A stretch of DNA of 64,000 bases from Prolixibacteraceae bacterium. Lineage in GTDB: Bacteria > Bacteroidota > Bacteroidia > Bacteroidales > Prolixibacteraceae. Every line of letters begins with the position of its first letter. The first letter of the stretch is position 1. Shown one piece after another: positions 1 through 8,044 of this stretch. Made by a program: the position numbers and the translations under genes. The stretch is taken from positions 32,018 to 96,017 of the forward strand of contig JBAZGO010000010.1 of assembly GCA_041652995.1 (NCBI GenBank), read 5' to 3'. Under the pieces are notes generated by a model, which ran no database searches, had not been told where the DNA came from, and was given only the letters and a program-made list of their open reading frames with translations.

Positions 1-788
1 ATGGTAAGTACTTCTCCATCTTTTACAGCACGTAAGGCTACCCAGGGAGAACGGGTGCTCCAGACTTCGCCGCCCTTTACGCCATTGGCATTGCGGTAAA
101 CGCCGTTTACACCATCGTTGTTCATGATTGGGACTTCGGTTATAATACCATTTGCATCCAGAAATTTTTCAGGTTTTGTCGATGGTTCTTCAAACGTACG
201 ATCGAGTCTCAAACCAATCAAACCTTCTTTATTATCGGTAAAAGTTACGGGTGTTTTGGCTGTTAATTTGGTGATCCGCTCAATCGTCCGCATGTTACCT
301 TCTCCTTCAAAAATATAGGTTGATTCTTCATTCAAAAGCACATTGTCTTTTACGTCCACCCAGTCGGCATTGGTAACCAGTTCACCTTTTCCCGGGTTCT
401 CGCTAACAATTTTCCTGAATTTAATGGTTCCGTATTTGGGTTTGTCTTCAGGTTTAATGGCATAAGAGTTGTTCCAGAAATCGAGTCCATTAACGTCTCC
501 AAAGTTGAACCAGAGCCCGACATGGTGCGGATGGTCGGTGCGCTCAAACGGACGGGGATTCAGCGGATAACCGCGGGTAATAAATTTTCCGGAGGCCGTC
601 ATAATCGGATAAAGCGACTGCTTTTCCATGTTGTCCGGATAAATGTAGGCTGTAAAGAATTTTCCGTCGATATAAACTTCCACTTTCTTTGCTGCAGCAT
701 CATTTTTAAACTCAACCTTCTCTTTCGTCGAAGCCTGAGAAATTGTGGCAAAAAGCAGTGCGACGGCGATGATCCAAATTGTTTTCAT
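1..788 (-). CDS. DUF6807 / 'PmoA family' secreted protein (partial, runs off window start)
   Basis: Not in ORF track. Hand translation from ATG at 788: MKTIWIIAVALLFATISQA (signal peptide)...YPLNPRPFERTDHPHHVGLWFNFGDVNGLDFWNNS..., with no stop before position 1. DHPHH-GLWF is typical of this family. Confidence 0.75.
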   Translation of the reverse strand, partial: MKTIWIIAVALLFATISQASTKEKVEFKNDAAAKKVEVYIDGKFFTAYIYPDNMEKQSLYPIMTASGKFITRGYPLNPRPFERTDHPHHVGLWFNFGDVNGLDFWNNSYAIKPEDKPKYGTIKFRKIVSENPGKGELVTNADWVDVKDNVLLNEESTYIFEGEGNMRTIERITKLTAKTPVTFTDNKEGLIGLRLDRTFEEPSTKPEKFLDANGIITEVPIMNNDGVNGVYRNANGVKGGEVWSTRSPWVALRAVKDGEVLT

Positions 789-922
789 TTGCTAAGTATT
801 AATTGGTTTAACTAATTCGCATCAATTTATGGACGAATATCTAAAATTAGAAAATTTTTACACTTAATTGCGTAATATTGGCGTTAAGAAAAAAATTAAC
901 GGTACTCATTCAGAATGTTTTA

Positions 923-2095
923 ATGGCCGACCACCGGAAAATATCGCAAATTTTGGAGAAGTTGCTGAACAGCAAAACCTTTTCGAAACCCGGCATATAC
1001 AAAGACCTATTAAATTACCTGGTAAATTGTTCACTGAAGGGCGAAACGCCCAAGGAACAACAAATCGCTTTTGACATTTTTGGTAAAAAAGCCGATCAGG
1101 AAAAAGAGCTGAATGTTCGGGTTTATATTCTGAACCTGCGAAATAAGTTAAAGGAATATTACCAGAACGAAGGAAAAGACGATACTGTAATTCTTCAGAT
1201 TCCGAAAGGAAAATACCAAGTTGAATTCAAGTTTTTACGATCCAAATCGTTTTTCCGGACGCTTGAAAGATTCAGCCTTCCCATGTTCGTTTCGGGAACG
1301 GTACTAATCTTTCTTTCAGTCATTCTTATCCTGAATATCAATAAATTCAGATGGCCTGAGCAAAACATCTGGAAAGGATTCCTAAAACCGGATTATCCGA
1401 TCCTGATTGTTTTGGGCGACCATTATTTTTTCACCGATTCAATTGCAACCGGAAAGCTTGGGGCATCGCGCGATACCAAAATTAATTCGGACGAAGATCT
1501 GGATGCTTTCCTGAAGCTTCATCCGGAGCTGATGGGAAAAATCAGGAAAAGTAAAACGACCTACATCAACAAACAGGCGCCAATCGGACTTTTTAGTATT
1601 CTGAAAATGTTTGGAGGAGGCGTGGCAGATGTTGAAATGAAATATTCGTCGCAACTGAAGTGGGAAGACACCCGAAAAAAGCACCTGATTTTTATCGGTT
1701 CCATAAAAACCCTGCAATTTTTGAAACCAACGCTCGAGCGGGTTGGCCTGAAATATAACCTAGAACACTCTTCTTTTACCTACCAAACAGCCGACAGTAC
1801 ACTGTTTTTCGATAACCGGTCGGACAACTACATTGAACACGAATATTCGAATCTGGTTCATTTTTGTACCGCCGATGGCCGTAAAGTATTGTTTTTGCTT
1901 TCGGACGCCGATTTTGGAAACATTGCCGCCATGAAGTATCTGACAGACGAACTTAACAAAGACTTTCCGGGATCTAAAACCAGCCAGAAATATAAAGCAG
2001 TTTTTGAGGTAAAAGGCCGCGATTTGACTGAATTCACGGTCGATCTCATCAGAATGGATCCAATTGATGAAAACATTTCGGAAGTATGGCCGTGA
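923..2095 (+). CDS. Membrane-anchored winged-helix regulator-like protein (N-terminal wHTH, one TM helix, C-terminal extracytoplasmic domain)
   Basis: N-terminal motif NVRVYILNLRNKLKEYYQNEG...IPKGKYQVEF, hydrophobic segment LPMFVSGTVLIFLSVILIL, then a ~250 aa soluble domain. ATG 923 preferred over TTG 878. Confidence 0.65.
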   Translation: MADHRKISQILEKLLNSKTFSKPGIYKDLLNYLVNCSLKGETPKEQQIAFDIFGKKADQEKELNVRVYILNLRNKLKEYYQNEGKDDTVILQIPKGKYQVEFKFLRSKSFFRTLERFSLPMFVSGTVLIFLSVILILNINKFRWPEQNIWKGFLKPDYPILIVLGDHYFFTDSIATGKLGASRDTKINSDEDLDAFLKLHPELMGKIRKSKTTYINKQAPIGLFSILKMFGGGVADVEMKYSSQLKWEDTRKKHLIFIGSIKTLQFLKPTLERVGLKYNLEHSSFTYQTADSTLFFDNRSDNYIEHEYSNLVHFCTADGRKVLFLLSDADFGNIAAMKYLTDELNKDFPGSKTSQKYKAVFEVKGRDLTEFTVDLIRMDPIDENISEVWP

Positions 2096-2103
2096 AAATA
2101 CAA

Positions 2104-2167
2104 GGCAAAAGGTAAAAGTAAAAAGGCAAAAGTAGGTCATAATGCCCACTTTTGCCTTTTACTTTTT
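2104..2167. repeat. Inverted repeat built from heptamer units; likely also a bidirectional terminator
   Basis: Units GGCAAAA GGTAAAA GTAAAAA GGCAAAA (2104-2131). AAAAGGCAAAAGT (2121-2133) pairs perfectly with ACTTTTGCCTTTT (2148-2160). Lies between convergent genes. Confidence 0.7.
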
Positions 2168-2173
2168 TCTTAG

Positions 2174-2884
2174 TTATACCGGTATTTCCATCACCAGTAT
2201 TTTCGAATTTTTATTTACTGTCATGGCAATGCTGCCGTCAATATTTTCGATGCATAAGCCATCGCGCCGATTCAGAACTTCGCTTCCAACAGCCAGTTCT
2301 CCTGAAATTACAAAGAGGTAAACCACATTATCAGCCTTTCTTAAGTCGTAGCTCATTGTTTTATCCTGCTCAAAAATTCCGAGTGAAAACCAGGCCTGTT
2401 GATGAATCCATAAAGAATTTCCCTTTCCATCGGGAGAAACAACATTTAGCCATTTACCCGCCATATCCGACTCCTGAAATTTGGCCTGTCCGTAACGAGG
2501 TACCACATTTTTTTTATCCGGAAAAACCCAAATCTGAAGCAGGGAAACTTCATTTTCGGAGGAGTGATTAAACTCTGAATGTTGAATACCTGTTCCGGCC
2601 GACATGACCTGAACTTCGCCTGCTGAAATAACTGAGCCGTTTCCCATGCTGTCTTTGTGTGCAAGTTCGCCCTCCAAAACGATGGTAATAATTTCCATGT
2701 TGTCGTGCGGATGAGTTCCAAAACCCATTCCGGCCTGAACAATGTCGTCGTTAAGAACGCGGAGAGCTCCAAAGTGCATCCGGTCGGGATTGTAATACCC
2801 GGCAAAACTGAATGTATGCCAGGTTTTAAGCCATCCGTGATCGGCATGTCCGCGACAACCTGACCTGTGAACTGTGAGTTTCAT
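2174..2884 (-). CDS. Pirin family protein (YhhW-like)
   Basis: RGHADHGWLKTWHTFSFA, GFGTHPHDNMEIIT and MSAGTGIQHSE metal-binding cupin motifs. Confidence 0.92.
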   Translation of the reverse strand: MKLTVHRSGCRGHADHGWLKTWHTFSFAGYYNPDRMHFGALRVLNDDIVQAGMGFGTHPHDNMEIITIVLEGELAHKDSMGNGSVISAGEVQVMSAGTGIQHSEFNHSSENEVSLLQIWVFPDKKNVVPRYGQAKFQESDMAGKWLNVVSPDGKGNSLWIHQQAWFSLGIFEQDKTMSYDLRKADNVVYLFVISGELAVGSEVLNRRDGLCIENIDGSIAMTVNKNSKILVMEIPV

Positions 2885-2971
2885 TTTGTTTTCCTTTCCG
2901 TTTATCGGAATTTAAAAAAATCAGTTGAAGTCATTCTTCTTTTCCGTAAACAATGGCCAATGTTGGGCAAC

Positions 2972-3556
2972 TTACTCTGCCGCAACCAAATTAAAATCAA
3001 GAGTAAATTCGTCGTAAATAACTTTGTCGCCCAGGTTGTCGAAGAAAGATTTCGAACCGTAACGAACATTGAATTTACTGCGGTCAACCGTCAATGTTCC
3101 TTTGTAAACCGTATTCGAACCGTCTTTCGCCGAAGTGGCAGTAAACGTAACCGGATTGGTAATTCCTTTGATGGTCAGGTTTCCGGATAGAACATGCGTG
3201 TTTCCGGAGTTTTCGTCCTTTGTAATTACCAGTTCTGAGGTTGGATAAGTAGCTACACCAAAGAAATCGTCAGATTTAAGGTGGCCAACCAACTTAGCGT
3301 TGTAACCGGCATCAGTCAGGTCGGTATTGGTAATCGACTGCATATCCATTACAACTTTTCCACTGGTAATTTTACCACCATTAACCACGAGGTTTGCTTC
3401 TTTCACTGCAATTGCTCCGGTGTGCTCGCCGGTTACTTTTTTACCAAGCCATTTTACTGAACTTTTCGAGGTGTCAACTTTCTGATTACCTGCAAATGAA
3501 GCGGTTGTTAACGCCAGGGCCAAAACAAAAGTGGCCATCAATTTAATTGTTTTCAT
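2972..3556 (-). CDS. YceI family protein
   Basis: Signal peptide; S.V.W.GKKVTGEHTG, L.GHLKSDDFF, GNLTIKGIT, VDRSKFNVRYGS motifs. Confidence 0.92.
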   Translation of the reverse strand: MKTIKLMATFVLALALTTASFAGNQKVDTSKSSVKWLGKKVTGEHTGAIAVKEANLVVNGGKITSGKVVMDMQSITNTDLTDAGYNAKLVGHLKSDDFFGVATYPTSELVITKDENSGNTHVLSGNLTIKGITNPVTFTATSAKDGSNTVYKGTLTVDRSKFNVRYGSKSFFDNLGDKVIYDEFTLDFNLVAAE

Positions 3557-3587
3557 ACCTGTTTAATTTAATGTTTATATACAGTTA

Positions 3588-3595
3588 CAAAAATA
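3588..3595 (-). promoter_or_regulatory. Bacteroidota sigma70 -7 element upstream of yceI
   Basis: Minus strand TATTTTTG matches TAnnTTTG, about 30 nt before the ATG. Confidence 0.5.
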
Positions 3596-3634
3596 CAATG
3601 GGTTAAGACTGCAAAAAATGGACTAAAAAACGAT

Positions 3635-4510
3635 TTAATGGTATTTTTTTCGGCTATGCTCCCGGAATTCCTTCAATGTAAGTCCGGTGTATTTCCTGAA
3701 AAAGCGGCTGAAGTAAGCCGGATCGTCAAATCCGAGTTGAAAGGCAATCTCTTTTCCTGAAAGGCTGCTTGAATACAACAATTTCTTTGTTTCGTCAATC
3801 ACGCGGTTCCGGATCAGTTCACCGGCAGTAATTCCCGTGGTACGTTTGGTCAGTTCATTCAGGCACGATGCATTGATATTCAGCTTTTCGGCATAAGTTG
3901 AAACATTCTTTTCCGAAATGTAATTTTCCTCGATCAGTTGTTTGAACTTAATAATGGTTGTATCGGGTGCCGAATCGGGCTCTTTTTGGGGCTCCAGATA
4001 TTGCTGATCGAAAATCCGCCGCGATTCGAGCAAAAAAAAGTGCAGTAAATTCAAAACAATATCCGGACTGTAATCATCAGAAGTTTGTATTTCATCAAGA
4101 ATAAGTCCGGTAATATTCCGTAGTTTTGCGCGAACTTCTGGAACAACAGTTATCAGGCTTTTAAAATCAGGATTATTAAACAAGCGATATTCCTTTAGCG
4201 GAACATGATTTTTGCGGTTATACCTGATAAAATCCTCGTTAAACAGCATGTAAATTCCGGTGACAGACTTATCAAGATACATTCTGTGCTTCAGTCCCGG
4301 CGGAACAAACAGAATTGTGTCGGCTGTAAGGCTGTATTCAACAAACTCAGTGGCGTGAATGGCTTCACCCGATCCGATCCAGAAAATGGAATAAAAATCG
4401 TGAAGATGCGGCATGAGATTGTCCTCAATTTCCGTATCATCAAAATCAGCGATCTTTCGAATGGTAAAGATCTTTTCATTTCCTTCTTCGAATAGCCGGG
4501 AATTTTTCAA
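3635..4510 (-). CDS. AraC family transcriptional regulator
   Basis: N-terminal cupin PHLHDFYSIFW; C-terminal double HTH ...KEIAFQLGFDDPAYFSRFFRKYTG. TTG at 4510 (after an A-rich leader) preferred over TTG 4573; start uncertain. Confidence 0.88.
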   Translation of the reverse strand: MKNSRLFEEGNEKIFTIRKIADFDDTEIEDNLMPHLHDFYSIFWIGSGEAIHATEFVEYSLTADTILFVPPGLKHRMYLDKSVTGIYMLFNEDFIRYNRKNHVPLKEYRLFNNPDFKSLITVVPEVRAKLRNITGLILDEIQTSDDYSPDIVLNLLHFFLLESRRIFDQQYLEPQKEPDSAPDTTIIKFKQLIEENYISEKNVSTYAEKLNINASCLNELTKRTTGITAGELIRNRVIDETKKLLYSSSLSGKEIAFQLGFDDPAYFSRFFRKYTGLTLKEFREHSRKKYH

Positions 4511-4600
4511 GATTTTGATTTTTTTTGTGGTTGTTTGTAAAAAAAACACCGGTGACCGGAATTGATGTTCCAATCATCGGTGCCTTACAGATTTTCCGGA

Positions 4601-5017
4601 TTAATCCACCACCCGGATTTCAACCGAAAGATCCATAGCCAAACGGTAGGCAGCAGAAACTCCGCAGTATTTTTCTTCCGATAGTTTAACGGCTTTTTCA
4701 AGTTTATCCATAGGCAAATTTTTGCCTTTAAACTGGTAAATTACTTTCATTTTGTGATACCTCATTGGGTGTTCTTCAGTTAAATCACCTTCAACAATAA
4801 CATTAAAAGCTTCAGGTTCAACCTTCATTTTCCGGAGAATCATGATTACATCAATTCCGGTACAGCCGGCAATTGCGGTAAGCATTAGTTTTTTCGGACG
4901 TGGTCCCAAATCGTCGCCCCCACCCTCTTTCGAAGCATCAACAATTACCTTGTGTCCATCCATATCACATTCAAAAGCCACGTTTTGTTTCCAGGCTAAG
5001 TCAAGTACATGTTTCAT
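4601..5017 (-). CDS. OsmC/YhfA family protein
   Basis: GPRPKKLMLTAIAGCTGIDV and LSEEKYCGVSA, with the two conserved Cys. Confidence 0.9.
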   Translation of the reverse strand: MKHVLDLAWKQNVAFECDMDGHKVIVDASKEGGGDDLGPRPKKLMLTAIAGCTGIDVIMILRKMKVEPEAFNVIVEGDLTEEHPMRYHKMKVIYQFKGKNLPMDKLEKAVKLSEEKYCGVSAAYRLAMDLSVEIRVVD

Positions 5018-5171
5018 ATCAACGTTTTATAAATATTGCAAATCGAATAATAGTTCTAATTTTACATTCAAATTCAATGACAGATGTTTACCTGATTTTT
5101 TTGCCAAAAGATTATTAAGTAAACTTTGTCGTGATTGTTGTTTAAATCCATTAACAAAACAAAACAACTCA

Positions 5172-5876
5172 ATGAGAAGTTCAATTAAAAGGCCGACAGA
5201 TGACGAATGCGATCTCAGCGGATTTCAATTGTTTAAAAAGCTTACTGAACAGGAAATTGCACAATTGAATTACGACAAAACTTGTTCGCTGTATAAAAAA
5301 GGAAGTATTATTTACCGGGAAGGAAGTCGGCTAACTGGTTTTTATTGTGTAACGCGCGGTATTTTAAAAATATTTAAAACCGGAATCGATGGCAAAGAAC
5401 AAATTATACGCTTTGCCAAAAAGGGTGATATTATTGCCTACCGCTCGCTTCTTAGCCAGGAATTAGCTTGTACAACTGCCAAAGTAATTGAGGAAACTGT
5501 ACTTAGCCACATTCCTTATCAAACGCTTTTATACCTGATTCAAAACAACTGGCAATTTTCGCACCACATGCTGCAAATTGTTTGCAAGGAATTGCGCGAA
5601 GCGAATGATTACATTACCGACATTGCCCAAAAAACTGTGCGCGAACGGCTTGCTGAAGTTTTGCTGCTACTGAAGGAAAACTTTGATCTGGACAATGCTA
5701 ACACGCTGCAGATTTCGCTTACCCGCGAAGAGTTGGCAAACATGGTTGGAACTGCCACTGAAAGTGTGATTCGCCTGCTTTCTGAATTTAAACAGGATCA
5801 ATTGATTGACCTGCAGGGACGTAAAATTAAATTCATCAATGTTACCGGATTAACCAAAGTGGCCAACCTGTTGTAA
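5172..5876 (+). CDS. Crp/Fnr family transcriptional regulator
   Basis: cNMP-binding-like domain (YKKGSIIYREG...GILKIFK...GKEQIIRF) and HTH LTREELANMVGTATESVIRLLSEF. ATG 5172; the 4842 extension overlaps the OsmC gene. Confidence 0.92.
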   Translation: MRSSIKRPTDDECDLSGFQLFKKLTEQEIAQLNYDKTCSLYKKGSIIYREGSRLTGFYCVTRGILKIFKTGIDGKEQIIRFAKKGDIIAYRSLLSQELACTTAKVIEETVLSHIPYQTLLYLIQNNWQFSHHMLQIVCKELREANDYITDIAQKTVRERLAEVLLLLKENFDLDNANTLQISLTREELANMVGTATESVIRLLSEFKQDQLIDLQGRKIKFINVTGLTKVANLL

Positions 5877-5896
5877 ATTGACGATTTTTATAGTGC

Positions 5897-5933
5897 AAAA
5901 GAGGTCGGTTCTGTATTTGAACCGACCTCTTTT
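5897..5933. terminator. Bidirectional intrinsic terminator
   Basis: 15-bp perfect stem AAAAGAGGTCGGTTC / GAACCGACCTCTTTT between convergent genes. Confidence 0.85.
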
Positions 5934-5957
5934 TACTTTTCAGAAATTACTGCTCTC

Positions 5958-7148
5958 CTACTTCGCAATCCAGCCTTCCGGATCGAGCTTCTCGTTTTCG
6001 CGCCAAATCTGGAATTTCAGAACGGTTTTTGATTCATCGTCATTGTCGGTTCCAATGGTTCCGATGGTTTGTTTTACGGCCACTTTATCGCCCGAATTAA
6101 CCACCACATTCACAAGGTTTGAATAAACCGTCAGATACTTCCCATGACGTATGATAACCGCCTTATTTCCGCCGGTAACCACAAAAACGCGGCTCACTTC
6201 TCCGGCAAATACCGACCGCGCTTTGGCTCCCTGATCGGTTGAAATATCCACCCCATTGTTCCGAACCTGAATATTTTTCAGAACCGGATGTTCGTGAACG
6301 CCAAAATGATCGGTAATCACACCGCGTTCAACAGGCCACGGAAGTCGCTTTTTGTTCTGTTCAAATTGCCCTGAAACTAGCTTTTGTTCCGGGGTCATTT
6401 CATAACCGGCTTTTCCACTGGCTTTGGCTTTATTCACTTCTTCGTCGATAATCCGCTGTATTTCGCGGCTAAGTTGTGCCTCAATTTGTTGTTGTTCCTT
6501 AAGTTTCTTCCTGAATTCTTTCTGCTTCTTTTGCAAAGTAGTCAGGTATTTACCCTGCTGTTGCTTTTCCTGACTTAAACGATTAGCTTCTTTCTTTTTA
6601 GAATCGAGCAAACTTTCCTTTTCAGACCGCTGCTTTTCCAGATTTTTAACTTTTACCTGAATAAGATCGCGAATCCAAAGAATCAGTTCTGCCTGATTTT
6701 TACGGTATTCGGTGTATTGTCGCAAATACATGATGCGTTTGTACGCCTGGTTGAAACTGTTCGATGAAAGAACGAAAAGCAGTTTGCTATAGTTGGTTTG
6801 GTTTCGCTGTGCAAAAACAATCATATTGGCATACTCTTTTTTCAATTCATCCAAATCCGAATTCAGTGAATTCACAAGCCAGGCATTTTGATCGATAAAG
6901 TCGGCCAAAACACCAACTTCAGAGTTAATTCCAGTAATCAGACTGGTACGAAGCTCAATCTGTTTGTTCAGGATATTGTATTTATTCAGTGTTTTCTTTT
7001 CATTCTTTTGGGCTTCTTCGAGCAGTCGTGTGGTGTATTTGATCTGCTCGTTGGTTTTCTGCTTTTTTTTTCGCAAATCGTCAAGCGCCTGCCCGTTCGC
7101 CATCGCAGTAAACAAAAGAAGAATGGAAAGAAGTAAAAGGCTTCGCAT
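5958..7148 (-). CDS. envC: EnvC-like murein hydrolase activator (coiled coil + degenerate M23 domain)
   Basis: Signal peptide, long coiled coil, LPWPVERG; M23 zinc ligands are degenerate (NNGVD, YSNL), as in EnvC. Confidence 0.82.
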   Translation of the reverse strand: MRSLLLLSILLLFTAMANGQALDDLRKKKQKTNEQIKYTTRLLEEAQKNEKKTLNKYNILNKQIELRTSLITGINSEVGVLADFIDQNAWLVNSLNSDLDELKKEYANMIVFAQRNQTNYSKLLFVLSSNSFNQAYKRIMYLRQYTEYRKNQAELILWIRDLIQVKVKNLEKQRSEKESLLDSKKKEANRLSQEKQQQGKYLTTLQKKQKEFRKKLKEQQQIEAQLSREIQRIIDEEVNKAKASGKAGYEMTPEQKLVSGQFEQNKKRLPWPVERGVITDHFGVHEHPVLKNIQVRNNGVDISTDQGAKARSVFAGEVSRVFVVTGGNKAVIIRHGKYLTVYSNLVNVVVNSGDKVAVKQTIGTIGTDNDDESKTVLKFQIWRENEKLDPEGWIAK

Positions 7149-7150
7149 GA

Positions 7151-8038
7151 CTAATGATTTATGCGGGTATATTTTTCAGGAACCTTAAAGCGTATGTCTT
7201 TTTCATTTTCCGTAGAAAATCCGTTGAACTTGATTTTCAGCTCCATAAAACTTTCAGGACTGATAAAATGAAGAAATATTTCGCCCGGATAAAGTTGTTT
7301 ATCAACAGACACATAGTCGGAAAAATCGATGTTCAGACTTCGCGAATTTACTGGATCCTCAAGCTTAATTTTACGAATTTTAAAATTACCCGGCTCAACG
7401 TAAACCGATTGATGAACCGGTGCATTGCTGTTTAATTTTTGTGCTTTCCGGGCCATTCTTCGTTCACTGATCCGTTGATTTTCCTTTCTGGCTTTCAGTT
7501 TCCTGACCGATTCAAGAACATACAATCCGGAATCAATCCGGCTTTCATATTCTTTCAGGTCTTTGTCGCGCTTCTCGTCGCTCAGCGAAAACACATTGTT
7601 CGAAACAATGGCATGAACAGTTTCAAAATCCAGTTCCATGTCGAGCATTGAACTCAGATAACTGTAATCGTCGAGGAAATAATTCTTTTCAAGATAATTG
7701 ATAAACTTTACGCTGTCGGGGGTTAGCCAAATGCGACCAACAGGGATGTTGAGTTTGCTCAGCATTACAATAATCCGTTTATCTTTTTCGGCCTGAATAC
7801 TGGCTTTAAACGATGTTTTTGTTTTGCCGTTATCGAACTGGCAGGTAATTCGCTTGATGGATAAATGCTTGTAATCGAAGGCATTGTTCTCAATATTCCG
7901 GATGAGTTTATTGGTGCTCATCGGTTTAGCCACTGCAGAAGTCATAGCAACACGAGCTGTTTTGCACGAGGAGATACCCAGCAAAAGAATGAAAACAAAT
8001 CCCAAAAAAGTGATATTGATTGAGGTTATTCGTCTCAC
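7151..8038 (-). CDS. DUF4292 family lipoprotein
   Basis: Lipobox GISSC; ASIQAEKDKRII...GRIWLTPDSVKFINYL; sits in the dut-TPR-DUF4292-envC order typical of Bacteroidota. Confidence 0.75.
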   Translation of the reverse strand: MRRITSINITFLGFVFILLLGISSCKTARVAMTSAVAKPMSTNKLIRNIENNAFDYKHLSIKRITCQFDNGKTKTSFKASIQAEKDKRIIVMLSKLNIPVGRIWLTPDSVKFINYLEKNYFLDDYSYLSSMLDMELDFETVHAIVSNNVFSLSDEKRDKDLKEYESRIDSGLYVLESVRKLKARKENQRISERRMARKAQKLNSNAPVHQSVYVEPGNFKIRKIKLEDPVNSRSLNIDFSDYVSVDKQLYPGEIFLHFISPESFMELKIKFNGFSTENEKDIRFKVPEKYTRINH

Positions 8039-8044
8039 GTTTAA

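Noticed and set aside
1-788. 'PmoA family' label as evidence of methane oxidation
   Set aside because: The protein is a soluble secreted DUF6807-type protein with no TM helices and no pmoB/pmoC neighbours; the family name is misleading.
4510-4577. Phase variation of the AraC gene via T8 and A8 tracts after ATG 4577
   Set aside because: ATG 4577 gives a 33-aa out-of-frame peptide, but an in-frame TTG at 4510 downstream of both tracts yields a complete AraC protein, so no slippage is needed.
4842-5171. 110-aa N-terminal extension of the Crp/Fnr ORF
   Set aside because: It overlaps the OsmC gene antisense and the promoter spacer; the domain starts after ATG 5172.
5018-5171. FNR or CRP box in the divergent spacer
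   Set aside because: No TTGAT-N4-ATCAA or TGTGA-N6-TCACA match was found by eye.
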